64,000 nt of DNA. It comes from an uncultured Thermoplasmata archaeon (GTDB lineage Archaea > Thermoplasmatota > Thermoplasmata > JAGHBH01). The notes under the pieces are model-generated. The model was not told the origin of the DNA and did no database searches. It worked only from the letters and a program-made list of their open reading frames with translations. Both the position numbers and the translations under genes were made by a program. Each line of letters opens with the position of its first letter. Positions within the stretch are counted from its first letter, which is position 1. The stretch spans positions 80,694 to 144,693 of the forward strand of contig CAZROC010000002.1 in assembly GCA_964601625.1 (NCBI GenBank), read 5' to 3'. Below, piece after piece: positions 9,722 to 18,602 of this stretch.

Positions 9722-10221
9722 ACCTCTTCGAAATAAACCCTCTCTCTATCATTTTCTTTATCATAAAAGTTCTTTCTAACATACTCCCTCCAATCGAAGT
9801 CCTTCCTGAAAGGTGGTTTTTCATGCCATCCTTCCAAAAATAGGGGGGAGAGATCTGGATTACCTTTATATTCTACTCCAAATAGCTCGTGCATCTCCCT
9901 TTCATGGATCTGAGCGCTTTCACCCCATACTGGATATACCGAATCTATCTCTGGTTTATCTCCATTGATCTCTGTTTTGATGGTTATGAGTATTTTATCC
10001 TTGTATGACCATACGTGGTAGGTATGCTCATAGATTCCTCTTTTAGGCCAGTCAGTTATAGATAAGGAAGAGAGATGCTCAAAACCCAGATCCTTTATAA
10101 ACTTACATAGCTCAACGAGTTTATCTGGAGCGATTTTTACTATAACCCTCCTCTCTCTTTGCATAAATCCTTCCACACCGAACTTCTTCTTTATCTCGTC
10201 TATGATTTCTTTCTCCATCAT
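9718..10221 (-). CDS. nuoC: NuoC-like 30 kDa subunit
   Basis: 167 aa. WHEREMHELFGVEYKGNPD motif. Overlaps nuoD by 4 nt. Confidence 0.7.
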   Translation of the reverse strand: MMEKEIIDEIKKKFGVEGFMQRERRVIVKIAPDKLVELCKFIKDLGFEHLSSLSITDWPKRGIYEHTYHVWSYKDKILITIKTEINGDKPEIDSVYPVWGESAQIHEREMHELFGVEYKGNPDLSPLFLEGWHEKPPFRKDFDWREYVRKNFYDKENDRERVYFEEV

Positions 10222-10656
10222 TTATTCCATCTCCTCCACATGCTTGAATATCTTTGCACAGGCTTCAAAAACAGCCTCTGGTCTGGGTGGACAGCCAGGT
10301 ATGTACATGGTAACAGGCAGATAATCTTCCAACCTCTTTATCGTGTTATATGAATCCCAGTACATCCCACCGGTCATGGTGCACGAGCCCAAGGCAATCA
10401 CTACCCTTGGCTCAGGCATCTGTTCATATATCCTCTGGGCTCTCTTTATGGACTTAAGGGTCTGATATCCGGCTATGAACAAAACATCAGCATGCCTTGG
10501 ACTTCCAACAACTATCATTCCAAACCTTTCCATATCCCACCTTGACCCAACAACTGGAACGAGTTCGGTAAAACCACAAGAGTTAAACCAGTTGAACACC
10601 CATATTGCCTTAATGAGCTTCTTCATGGTTCTCTTTTGAGGAGATTCCTTGGCCAT
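10222..10656 (-). CDS. nuoB: NuoB-like 20 kDa subunit
   Basis: 144 aa. GSC..TGG and IPGCPPRPEA [4Fe-4S] N2-cluster motifs. Confidence 0.75.
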   Translation of the reverse strand: MAKESPQKRTMKKLIKAIWVFNWFNSCGFTELVPVVGSRWDMERFGMIVVGSPRHADVLFIAGYQTLKSIKRAQRIYEQMPEPRVVIALGSCTMTGGMYWDSYNTIKRLEDYLPVTMYIPGCPPRPEAVFEACAKIFKHVEEME

Positions 10657-10682
10657 CTTTTCACCCTCACTACCCAGTGTTT

Positions 10683-10800
10683 TGTGTGGTTATAAAGTTA
10701 ATGGAGGGCATATGGGCTGTGAGCGATAGTGAACAAGCCACATACCCGCTTGTTATATGATCTGAGCCGTAGGCGAAGACAAGCCCCTTTGTGGGGCGTG
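10683..10800. repeat. attC-like cassette repeat, variant (copy 0a)
   Basis: GTGTGGTTATAAAGTTAATGGAGGGCATATGGGCTGTGAGCGATAGTGAACAAGCCACATACCCGCTTGTTATATGA. Its GTTATATGA box is the reverse complement of the TCATATAAC box of the repeat at 12066. Confidence 0.5.
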
Positions 10801-10828
10801 GTGTTGGGATTGGTGCGACGTTTGTTTT

Positions 10829-11086
10829 TTATCTTTCGTATACGCGTTCTCTTTTGTCTATTTTTAGGATTATTATTTGGTTTTTGTCTTTGTTTATTTC
10901 ATATAGGATGCGGTATTTTCCTATGCGTATTCTGTATAGGTTTGTTTCTCCTCTTATTTTTTTGTAGGGGTATGAGTAGGGGTTTTCTTTTAGGGCGGAG
11001 AGTATCTCTTTGAGCTTGTTTTTGTAACCTGGGGGGAGGTTTGACACAAATTTTGCTGCTTTCTTTGAAAATAGTATTTCATACAT
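10829..11086 (-). CDS. RelE/ParE-family type II toxin
   Basis: 85 aa. LYRIRIGKYRILYEIN...IIIL motif. Confidence 0.7.
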   Translation of the reverse strand: MYEILFSKKAAKFVSNLPPGYKNKLKEILSALKENPYSYPYKKIRGETNLYRIRIGKYRILYEINKDKNQIIILKIDKRERVYER

Positions 11087-11283
11087 TATTCTCCCCCAAA
11101 CAATTCATCAAAACGTATGACTCCTCCCCTCTTGACATCTTCTCGTATCTCTTCCAGCTCCTTTTTCTCTTCTTCTGTCAGATCTTCGTATCCTAAAAAA
11201 TTATCTATTTTCATATTCAATTCCATGACCATACGTTCTATGTGGTTTATCTTCTCAAGCAACACATCAGCCATCAACACCAC
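11086..11283 (-). CDS. putative antitoxin partner of RelE/ParE
   Basis: 65 aa, acidic. Immediately 5' of the toxin with overlapping stop/start. Confidence 0.4.
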   Translation of the reverse strand: MVLMADVLLEKINHIERMVMELNMKIDNFLGYEDLTEEEKKELEEIREDVKRGGVIRFDELFGGE

Positions 11284-11379
11284 CTACACTACTTCTTACA
11301 ACCTTATTATATAAAAAGTTATTCTCAAACACCCCACAAAAAAGCACCAAGCCCAATATCATATAACGTCCTGGGGATA

Positions 11380-11500
11380 TGTGATGTGCCCTCCATTGCG
11401 TCTAATAATTGATTGTGTGGTTATAAAGTTAATGGAGGGCATATGGGCTGTGAGCGATAGCGAACAAGCCACATACCCGCTTGTTATACGACCCGAACTG
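11380..11500. repeat. attC-like cassette repeat, variant (copy 0b)
   Basis: Near-identical to 10683..10765. Preceded by inverted CCCTCCATT...AATGGAGGG. Confidence 0.5.
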
Positions 11501-11547
11501 TGTGAGGGCCTGCCACTTTTTGTGGCTGGCGTTGAGTGGGGGTTGCG

Positions 11548-11790
11548 TTATTTTTTTCCTTTTTTGAGTATTTTTTTGAATTCTTCTACTGTTAGTTCTG
11601 CGTCTTTTAGGATGCTTTTTAGTAGTTTGGGGTGTAGTATTTTGCCGGAGTGGTAGGGCACGGTTATTCTTACACCTTTGTCGTTTTTGTATATTTTGTG
11701 GCTGCCGCTTTGTCTTACTAGTTGGAATCCTACCTTTTCTAAGACTTTTATGACTTCTCTTGCGGTTACCCGGGGGAGTTTGTCGCTCAT
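11548..11790 (-). CDS. hicA: HicA-family toxin
   Basis: 80 aa. GSHKIYKN...VPYHSGKILHPKLLKSILKDA (YcfA/HicA motif). Confidence 0.7.
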   Translation of the reverse strand: MSDKLPRVTAREVIKVLEKVGFQLVRQSGSHKIYKNDKGVRITVPYHSGKILHPKLLKSILKDAELTVEEFKKILKKGKK

Positions 11791-12029
11791 ATGGCCACTT
11801 CCACGGCTGTGAGGTTGATTATTTCAACCTTTGGTATTTCTTCTCCCTCTTCCAATCGGTCAAGGATATGTAGCCGTATAGCATCTTTGATATTTTCCAA
11901 GACCTCTTCATAGGTGTCCCCCTGAGTATAGCATCCCTGCAGCTCTGGGCAATAAGCAAAATATCCATCTTCGTCTTTTTCAATAACAACCGAAACCCTG
12001 TACACCTGCATTTCATTCACCTCGCACAC
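11787..12029 (-). CDS. hicB: HicB-family antitoxin (UPF0150)
   Basis: 80 aa. EKDEDGYFAYCPELQGCYTQGDTYEEVLENIKDAI. Confidence 0.7.
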   Translation of the reverse strand: MCEVNEMQVYRVSVVIEKDEDGYFAYCPELQGCYTQGDTYEEVLENIKDAIRLHILDRLEEGEEIPKVEIINLTAVEVAI

Positions 12030-12065
12030 CTACACAATATTTATCCCAGAACGACTTAATAAACC

Positions 12066-12228
12066 TTCCGCAACCCCCGCTCAATGTCATATAACGTCCA
12101 GCGGGTATGTGAAGTTTGCGGAGCGTGAGCGGAGCAAATTTGGGCGAGCGTAAGCGAGCCACATATCCGCCTGTTGTCCGAACCCGTAAGGGGTGGAGCG
12201 GGAGCGGAGAGTTGCGGGCGACGGGTTC
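12066..12228. repeat. attC-like cassette repeat (copy 1)
   Basis: TCATATAACGTCCAGCGGGTATGTGAAGTTTGCGGAGCGTGAGCGGAGCAAATTTGGGCGAGCG...GCCACATATCCGCCTGTTGTCCGAAC...GGAGAGTTGCGGGCGACGG. Confidence 0.7.
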
Positions 12229-12231
12229 ATC

Positions 12232-12462
12232 TCATAGATATTTAGAGAACTTGTCGATATCAACCTTTGCAAGCTTTAATATTCCCCTTAAAGTACCAAT
12301 TTTCAATTCTTTATGCATTGGAACTACTGTACCAACTTTTCCTTCTGGTGTGATTTTTGATAATCTAACATGACTTCCCTTTCTTCCAGTTATTTGAAAG
12401 CCAAATTTATTACACAAGATTTTAACAACTTCTTCTCCAGAAACATTTCTAAGCTTTGGCAA
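12232..12462 (-). CDS. hicA: HicA-family toxin
   Basis: 76 aa. GSHVRLSKITPEGKVGTVVPMHKELKIGTLRGILK. Confidence 0.65.
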   Translation of the reverse strand: MPKLRNVSGEEVVKILCNKFGFQITGRKGSHVRLSKITPEGKVGTVVPMHKELKIGTLRGILKLAKVDIDKFSKYL

Positions 12463-12679
12463 CTTTTTTTGCCTCCATTTCTATTGATATTTCGAAAGTT
12501 GTAAAAAGAGGATGCTCTTTTTCTTCAAGCGGAAATTCCTCAAGATATAATTCTGTGGCTTCTTTTAGATTCTGAATCGCTTCTTCTATTGTTTTACCTT
12601 GGCTTACAGTTCCAACCTCAGGGCATTCTGCAACATACATATCTTCTTCTTTATGAATTATTGCTGTTAATATCACCAT
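12449..12679 (-). CDS. hicB: HicB-family antitoxin
   Basis: 76 aa. EEDMYVAECPEVGTVSQGKTIEEAIQNLKEA. Confidence 0.65.
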   Translation of the reverse strand: MVILTAIIHKEEDMYVAECPEVGTVSQGKTIEEAIQNLKEATELYLEEFPLEEKEHPLFTTFEISIEMEAKKVAKA

Positions 12680-12736
12680 TTTTCAATCACCTCATTGATA
12701 CAATACCTCTCCTGCATATTTTAATATTTTCCCAAG

Positions 12737-12880
12737 CCCGTCGCCCGCAATTTCGGACAACGTCCAGCGGGTATCTGAAGCCATAAGCCGGTAGGCGAAG
12801 GGTTTAGGCGGAGCATAGCGAAGCCAGATACCCGCTTGTTGTCCGAGTGCGATAGCACCGAAGCGAGGCGGAGAGTTGCC
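12737..12880. repeat. attC-like cassette repeat (copy 2)
   Basis: CCGTCGCCCGCAATTTCGGACAACGTCCAGCGGGTATCTGAAG...GCCAGATACCCGCTTGTTGTCCGAGTGCGATAGCACCGAAGCGAGGCGGAGAGTTGC. Confidence 0.7.
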
Positions 12881-12889
12881 TGCTTGGTA

Positions 12890-13282
12890 TTATACGTGCC
12901 ATATACTTTTCTTATTTTTTCCGTCAAAACAAATTACATAGTTATCTAAAATGTTTTCTCGGCCTATTATGTTTATTCCTGTTCCTAGTCTGTCGGAAAA
13001 GCCTATTATTGCGTTGGTTTTTAGATGTTCAATAATCAACTCCAGTTTAAAGATGTACAGTGGGATTATTCCCCCGTCACCAACAGTGATGTCTTTTCTT
13101 TCTCCGGAATATATGTCTAAGCCCAGTTCTTCTGCAAAATCGGCATGGAAGACGGAATATGTGGCACCAGTATCAAGATAGGCTAGGGTTCTAACTGTCT
13201 TGTCTTGGTTTATTATTTGTACTTCAACTAATGGGCAGTAACGGCCTCTCCATGGGATATAAGGTATTTCTATCTTGTTCAT
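12890..13282 (-). CDS. retropepsin-like (clan AA) aspartic protease
   Basis: 130 aa. AYLDTGATYSVF (D-T/S-G-A active-site motif). Confidence 0.55.
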   Translation of the reverse strand: MNKIEIPYIPWRGRYCPLVEVQIINQDKTVRTLAYLDTGATYSVFHADFAEELGLDIYSGERKDITVGDGGIIPLYIFKLELIIEHLKTNAIIGFSDRLGTGINIIGRENILDNYVICFDGKNKKSIWHV

Positions 13283-13545
13283 ATTAAAAGAGCCTCCTCT
13301 CCCCTCCTTGGTATATATGCTATCAATGGGTCCTTGACTCCCATTTTTTTGACCTTCTCATACACTTCGTGTATTGTTTTTCCTATAGCAACGATTTTAT
13401 TTTTGTATAAGGCAACATATTTTCCTCCCTGTTCCTCTTCCAGTTTCTCTTTATTCGCTATCAGATAAAGCATCTCATCGCTGACCATTTTGACCACCTT
13501 TATTATTGCATATACTCCTCCATAGCTTATATGATTTACTATCAA
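13279..13545 (-). CDS. small protein partner of the retropepsin-like protease (hypothetical)
   Basis: 88 aa. Overlaps protease gene by 4 nt. Two-gene cassette reminiscent of TA-like pairs. Confidence 0.35.
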   Translation of the reverse strand: MIVNHISYGGVYAIIKVVKMVSDEMLYLIANKEKLEEEQGGKYVALYKNKIVAIGKTIHEVYEKVKKMGVKDPLIAYIPRRGEEALLI

Positions 13546-13559
13546 ATTACCGGGCAGGC

Positions 13560-13720
13560 AATTACGCCTAACGTCTTGCGAGGTATCTGAAGCCCTGAGC
13601 CGATAGGCGAAGGGTTTAGGCGAAGTGCCGGAGGCACGTAGCCAGATACCCGCTTGTTATATGACCCGAACGAAGTGGGGGCGAGGAGCGAAGCGGAGAG
13701 TTGCGGGTGAAAGTTTTCCT
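13560..13720. repeat. attC-like cassette repeat (copy 3)
   Basis: ACGCCTAACGTCTTGCGAGGTATCTGAAG...GCCAGATACCCGCTTGTTATATGACC...GGAGAGTTGCGGGTG. Confidence 0.7.
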
Positions 13721-14530
13721 TTAGAGGGAATTTGTAATGGCATATAAACATACTCCTTTAAGCCTACATATCTCGCATTGAGGCTTTTTAATGCATATCT
13801 TGTACCTATCTTCCGCACAATATGACCAAATGAAAATATCCACTATACCTGGAGATTCTCCTAAATCTATTTCTTTGAAACTACCATCTTTTTTCTTTAT
13901 TTTTATTTTAAATCCCTTTAGATGTTTCTCACAAAAACGTGTAAGAATATCTTGAAAATGAGCTTTTTCTAATGGGTCGCTTCTATCCTTACTGCTACAA
14001 CTATGATAGATTCCGCTTCGGAGTATAAATCTCATTTCATGTGTATCTATAGGGACTCTATCCCAATATCCAAAATCACGAAGATAGTTATCTCTTCCTT
14101 TTTCACCTAAAACCTTAGTTTTTCCTTCTTTTGCCAAATTGTAGAGGTTTTCCGTGAAATCTTGTATTGTGGGATATTCAAGAAGATGTTCTATGTTTTT
14201 CTTTCTTCGATTTCCCACTAACCCAATTAGTTTATTTTTCGCTCCAGATGTTCTGAAATTTTTCCCATGATCTCTAATGAAAGAATCCATTTTGCTGTCA
14301 AAATCTAAGGGTTTCTTCAAGCGCCATCCATTGGTTACTATTAATTCAACTATCATACGCAGCGCTTTTAGAGAGTTAGGGTTTCTCCCAAGTTCATCTT
14401 TGTTGTTTATAAAGAATTGAAGGTCGTCTTTAATCTCTTTTGAATGAGCATTTCTCAACATCCAATTAATAGTTTCTTTGAATTCTTTAGCGAATTTAGT
14501 TGTATTAAATTCCATTTTTATTACCTCCAC
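13721..14530 (-). CDS. HhH-GPD superfamily DNA glycosylase (endonuclease III-like) with C-terminal Cys cluster
   Basis: 269 aa. LGEKGRDNYLRDFGYWDRVPIDTHEMRFILRSG resembles the HhH-GPD motif (VDTHV.R). C-terminal CAEDRYKICIKKPQCEICRLKGVC. Confidence 0.5.
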   Translation of the reverse strand: MEVIKMEFNTTKFAKEFKETINWMLRNAHSKEIKDDLQFFINNKDELGRNPNSLKALRMIVELIVTNGWRLKKPLDFDSKMDSFIRDHGKNFRTSGAKNKLIGLVGNRRKKNIEHLLEYPTIQDFTENLYNLAKEGKTKVLGEKGRDNYLRDFGYWDRVPIDTHEMRFILRSGIYHSCSSKDRSDPLEKAHFQDILTRFCEKHLKGFKIKIKKKDGSFKEIDLGESPGIVDIFIWSYCAEDRYKICIKKPQCEICRLKGVCLYAITNSL

Positions 14531-14537
14531 TTATTCT

Positions 14538-14690
14538 TTCGCCCGCAATTTCTGACAACGTCCTGGGGATATGTGAAGTTTGCGGAGCGTGAGCGGAGCA
14601 AATTTGGGCGAGCGGTAGCGAGCCACATATCCTCCTGTTGTCCGAACCCGTAAGGGTCGAAGCGAGGCGGAGAGCTGCGGGCGACGGGGG
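14538..14690. repeat. attC-like cassette repeat (copy 4)
   Basis: CGCCCGCAATTTCTGACAACGTCCTGGGGATATGTGAAGTTTGCGGAGCGTGAGCGGAGCAAATTTGGGCGAGCGGTAGCGAGCCACATATCCTCCTGTTGTCCGAACCCGTAAGGGTCGAAGCGAGGCGGAGAGCTGCGGGCGACGG. Confidence 0.75.
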
Positions 14691-14703
14691 CATTTTAATC
14701 ACT

Positions 14704-17700
14704 CTAAATTTCATAATGATGTTTCGAATAACTCCCTTCTGTTATTTTTAGATTACCACTCTTTAAATCTCCGATTATATTTTGAATTTGTGTTTCAATG
14801 TCTCCTAGTTCTTTTCCTTCACTTGTAGTTATAAGAAAATCTGTAACGCCAAGTTTCTCATAAATTTTATATTTTTTAAACCATCTATTTTTATATAATT
14901 CATTATTTAAAAGTCCCAGATGCTCCCAATAAAACTCACCATTTTCTAGGAAAATTTTGAAATCCGGTTTTATATGGTACTCTGCCGTAAAGTCTTCAGG
15001 TTCATAAATAAATTCTATTCCAAGCGAATCTAGAGCTTTTGCAATTATGTATTCAATCTTGGATCTAACTGCAATCTTCTTGCCATTCTTTAATTGAACT
15101 AAATACGGTTTAAATGGACTTTGTTTATGACCGAACAAAAGTGTATGAATTAATTCAATTTGAGAATTAATATAAGCAGTTCTAACTAACTCATATAACT
15201 CTTCTTTTAACTCCTCATATACTAAAACATACATTTTCTTCTTTGCTCTAGTAAAGCCGGTATATAGTAATTCACGAGTTATAAACGATGACCTCTCAGA
15301 CAGAACAAAGAGCACATAATCAAAATCACTCCCCTGAGATTTATGAACCGTAATAGCATACGCAGGTGTATACGATATATCCGCTTTCTCAATTTGATTT
15401 AATAATTCTGATTTTATTTCTTTCAATTTATCCAATATTTTTTCTTTTGCTTTAGGGAATATGTTAAATAGGTCATCAATGTCAACAAATTTGACATATC
15501 CTCTCTTAGTTAAATATCCTATCGAGCCATTAGCTAAAGCAAGAATTCTTTTATTTTTTTCAATTTCCCAATACTGGTTTTCCTCGCAAATTATTTTAGT
15601 GCCTTCTGGAATCCTACTCTGTCCTTCAAGGATGATTTGTCTGTTTATCACAATGCTTCCAAACATCCCAACTCTTTTTGGAGTTATTATTTGAATTTTT
15701 TCTAGATTGTTATAATCAAACTTCCCATCAGGTTCGAAAATGTAACCAAATAATTTCCACAAACTTTCATTATTTTTTTGTTTACTCATCTCAAGGAGAA
15801 TTTGTCTTAACTTCTCTTTCAAATCGTTTGCATCTCTAAAATAATTTATCTCTAGTGTATCATCGGCTGATTTTGCTATATCATGTATGTCCTCTAATAA
15901 AGGTTCTTTGGCACCTCTAAACAATTCGGCTAATTCTTCTACTTTGGCACATTTGATACCATTAAATGGAAAGCGTAAGTTTGTACTTAGGTGACAATAT
16001 TTGCTTTCCAATCCCTGATTTTTAAGATGATATATAAGATCAATAAATGGTCTGCCAACACCTATGGGTGGAAGCTGTTTATCATCCCCTATGATTATCA
16101 AGTGCTGGACTGTAGAAGGATTTATTAGGCTGAATAAAAGGCAGAGAAGAACTTCGTCCACCATTGAAGCCTCATCAATTATAACAACTTTTGGATTAAA
16201 TTGCCAGTATCTTGCCAATCTATTGAAGTCATTTATAAATTCATATTGCCCCTCAAAGATTTTTGATGTAAGATCTACAAGCTTAAATATCTCGTTCCTA
16301 CGTTTATATGACAATCTTTTGGTTCTTTCAAATAATTCTCTATATATAAACCTATGAATTGTTGAAATTGTAATGCTTAAATCGTTGTCTAATCCCAGCT
16401 CTTTTAAACGCTTTCGAATCACCAAACTCGCTTTACCTGTGGGTGTAAAAATAAAAACAGGAGCTTTTCTTTGATTTTTGAATATATCGATTAGGTTAAG
16501 AATTGCAGAAGTTTTTCCGCTCCCAGCTTTTCCGCTTATAACAACCAATTTATTGCGAAGTATTTTTTGATAAAGTTCGTGTCTCTCTCTTATAAAATGT
16601 TTGTATGTGTTACTATCTCTAAGTTTATCTTTGAATTTCTCAACATCTCTACTTACTAAGGTGGATACAATATCTTGATCAATGGTGTATTCCACTCCCT
16701 TCACTTTTTTAATAAATTCTTCAATTATTCTCTCTATTTTTTCCATAGATTTTAGCTGATAAATTGTTTGATCATAGATGGAAATTATATTGAATATCTC
16801 TTTAAATCTTGGATTATTCTCATATTCACTTAATAGTAATTGATCAATTTCAAAATCCTGTTGAATGTAATATAAAGGATAATCTTTGATTTTCTCTAAA
16901 ATTTCATCTCTTGAGAGGTACGTATGTCCATCATTTTGGGCGGCGTTTCTAAGGATCAGGGTTATCAGAGCCCGAATTCTTTCCAAGGATTTAGCAGTGT
17001 ACAAAGCTCTCCAATTTGCATATCTCGTGTCAGGAATAAGTGCAATATCTAAGTGATAAACAGAAATGCCATAGTCATTGTTATCTATATCCCAATCATC
17101 GTCTTTGATATCATAAAAGTACTCTTCTAAAATAGAATATGGATTTGCTTTAAAATTTTTGAATCCTTTTTTGCCGATAAAATCAATTATGTTTTTGAAT
17201 TGTTGTTTTGAGAAATCAAAACGAGCTAAAAAAGTGAAAACTTCAAACTGTGACTTTATTATATTAATGGTGGTTTCTAACTCCCCATCTTCGCATTTTA
17301 AAGCGGTTATATTTTTCTCATCATTTAAAAACTCATCTATCGATCCAAACTTTTTGATGATAAACGTCTTTAGTTTTCTAATTATTTCTTCAATTTTATC
17401 ATCTCTAAAGTTATCTTTCAGCTTAATTGCAATGAGATTCTCAAAGCCTGGATACTGTTCTCGCTCTCTCCAAGCAATTTCTAATAATTTATCTACTTTT
17501 TTCTCATAATTTTCAATTTGTTCAATAGGAATAACTCCATGCTCTTTTAGCTTATTTATTGATTTTTTCAGTTTGTACAATAAGTAAATAGCTTTATCAT
17601 GCGTTAGATGCATTGAAACGTACTTGAAATGAGGTATTATAGTTGGGTCATCTACCTTTACGGTTATATCTTCTAACCATTTTTCCTTCTCTTCTCTTTT

Positions 17701-18411
17701 TATACCATCTTTTTTTTCTAGAAATTGTAGATACTCATGATATGGGAGTATAAATGTTAATTTAGGATCAAGAGGAACTTGAAATTGCCATGCGATTTTA
17801 GGGAAAACTGGCATTTTCCTATTTATATCCTCATACAATTCTTTTGGAATAGCATATTCTTTAGGAAATTCTATCTTCTCTCTTACTAAACCCACACCCA
17901 ATACCAAATATTTTCTCTCATCTCCAGTGATTGGATTGCTGTAATTCGCATAGAAAAAAACTATTGATTTAGACGATTCAATCTTTTTTATGTATTTTCT
18001 TACCCTATCCTCTAAATCAGGAGGATATTTATATGCTCCAGTGGTTGTAAATGATAACTTGAAATTCCACGTGAATGCTGAAAAAGGTTTTAATACTTCT
18101 TTAAGTGGCGGAACAACACTAAATTTATCCCATGTGTCTCCGAAGGGATGAATATCTTCTACGTTATATTCTTTCTCCCCAAGTACATTTATACACCAGT
18201 AGCAAGGTGGTGTATAATTTGCATTATCCTTTACTTCCGATATGGATCTTCCTTTAAATTTTTCTTCGATTTCAATATTTCTCCTTCTTTGGATTCTAGA
18301 AGATAAAAGGGAATAATTATCAACACAATAAACATTCTCAAATGGATTCTTACAAACTTTTCCGTTCCATTTGCTGTCGTGCCATGCAAATCTTATTGTT
18401 AGATGTTTCAT
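14704..18411 (-). CDS. Large superfamily-1 helicase-like protein (RecD/AAA_30-like core) with long N-terminal region
   Basis: 1235 aa. Walker A GKAGSGKTS, Walker B VIIDEASMVD, motif VI-like TVHKSQGSDFDYV. Sole gene of its cassette. Confidence 0.55.
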   Translation of the reverse strand: MKHLTIRFAWHDSKWNGKVCKNPFENVYCVDNYSLLSSRIQRRRNIEIEEKFKGRSISEVKDNANYTPPCYWCINVLGEKEYNVEDIHPFGDTWDKFSVVPPLKEVLKPFSAFTWNFKLSFTTTGAYKYPPDLEDRVRKYIKKIESSKSIVFFYANYSNPITGDERKYLVLGVGLVREKIEFPKEYAIPKELYEDINRKMPVFPKIAWQFQVPLDPKLTFILPYHEYLQFLEKKDGIKREEKEKWLEDITVKVDDPTIIPHFKYVSMHLTHDKAIYLLYKLKKSINKLKEHGVIPIEQIENYEKKVDKLLEIAWREREQYPGFENLIAIKLKDNFRDDKIEEIIRKLKTFIIKKFGSIDEFLNDEKNITALKCEDGELETTINIIKSQFEVFTFLARFDFSKQQFKNIIDFIGKKGFKNFKANPYSILEEYFYDIKDDDWDIDNNDYGISVYHLDIALIPDTRYANWRALYTAKSLERIRALITLILRNAAQNDGHTYLSRDEILEKIKDYPLYYIQQDFEIDQLLLSEYENNPRFKEIFNIISIYDQTIYQLKSMEKIERIIEEFIKKVKGVEYTIDQDIVSTLVSRDVEKFKDKLRDSNTYKHFIRERHELYQKILRNKLVVISGKAGSGKTSAILNLIDIFKNQRKAPVFIFTPTGKASLVIRKRLKELGLDNDLSITISTIHRFIYRELFERTKRLSYKRRNEIFKLVDLTSKIFEGQYEFINDFNRLARYWQFNPKVVIIDEASMVDEVLLCLLFSLINPSTVQHLIIIGDDKQLPPIGVGRPFIDLIYHLKNQGLESKYCHLSTNLRFPFNGIKCAKVEELAELFRGAKEPLLEDIHDIAKSADDTLEINYFRDANDLKEKLRQILLEMSKQKNNESLWKLFGYIFEPDGKFDYNNLEKIQIITPKRVGMFGSIVINRQIILEGQSRIPEGTKIICEENQYWEIEKNKRILALANGSIGYLTKRGYVKFVDIDDLFNIFPKAKEKILDKLKEIKSELLNQIEKADISYTPAYAITVHKSQGSDFDYVLFVLSERSSFITRELLYTGFTRAKKKMYVLVYEELKEELYELVRTAYINSQIELIHTLLFGHKQSPFKPYLVQLKNGKKIAVRSKIEYIIAKALDSLGIEFIYEPEDFTAEYHIKPDFKIFLENGEFYWEHLGLLNNELYKNRWFKKYKIYEKLGVTDFLITTSEGKELGDIETQIQNIIGDLKSGNLKITEGSYSKHHYEI

Positions 18412-18451
18412 AATACTATTCTCCCCATATTAGATTTATTAATTTCGTTAG

Positions 18452-18600
18452 TCCGTCGCCCGCAATTTCGGACAACGTTCTGGGGATATGTGAAGTTTCG
18501 CCGATAGGCGAAATTTGGGCGAGCGGTAGCGAGCCACATATCCTCCTGTTGTCCGAACCCGTAAGGGTCGAAGCGAGGCGGAGAGTTGCGGGCGACGGGC
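18452..18600. repeat. attC-like cassette repeat (copy 5)
   Basis: CCGTCGCCCGCAATTTCGGACAACGTTCTGGGGATATGTGAAGTTTCGCCGATAGGCGAAATTTGGGCGAGCGGTAGCGAGCCACATATCCTCCTGTTGTCCGAACCCGTAAGG...GGAGAGTTGCGGGCGACGG. Confidence 0.75.
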
Positions 18601-18602
18601 TA

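Noticed and set aside
8212-10656. nuoD as a NiFe-hydrogenase large subunit (Ech/Mbh-type)
   Set aside because: No N-terminal RxCGxC or C-terminal DPCxxCxxH nickel-ligand motifs. The sequence looks like the quinone-oxidoreductase NuoD type.
14505-14714. Short ORFs lying entirely within the cassette repeats (14505..14714, 18416..18739, 20598..20822, 22062..22262, 22800..23048, 28033..28251, 44691..44897, 50841..51098, 39795..39992, 12087..12272, 12721..12927, 13542..13751)
   Set aside because: Their sequence similarity to each other (e.g. ...LASTLTGSDNRRICGSLPLAQI..., ...LNPSPIGSGLQIPRKTL...) simply mirrors the nucleotide repeat in different frames. No start context. They overlap the recombination-site-like structure.
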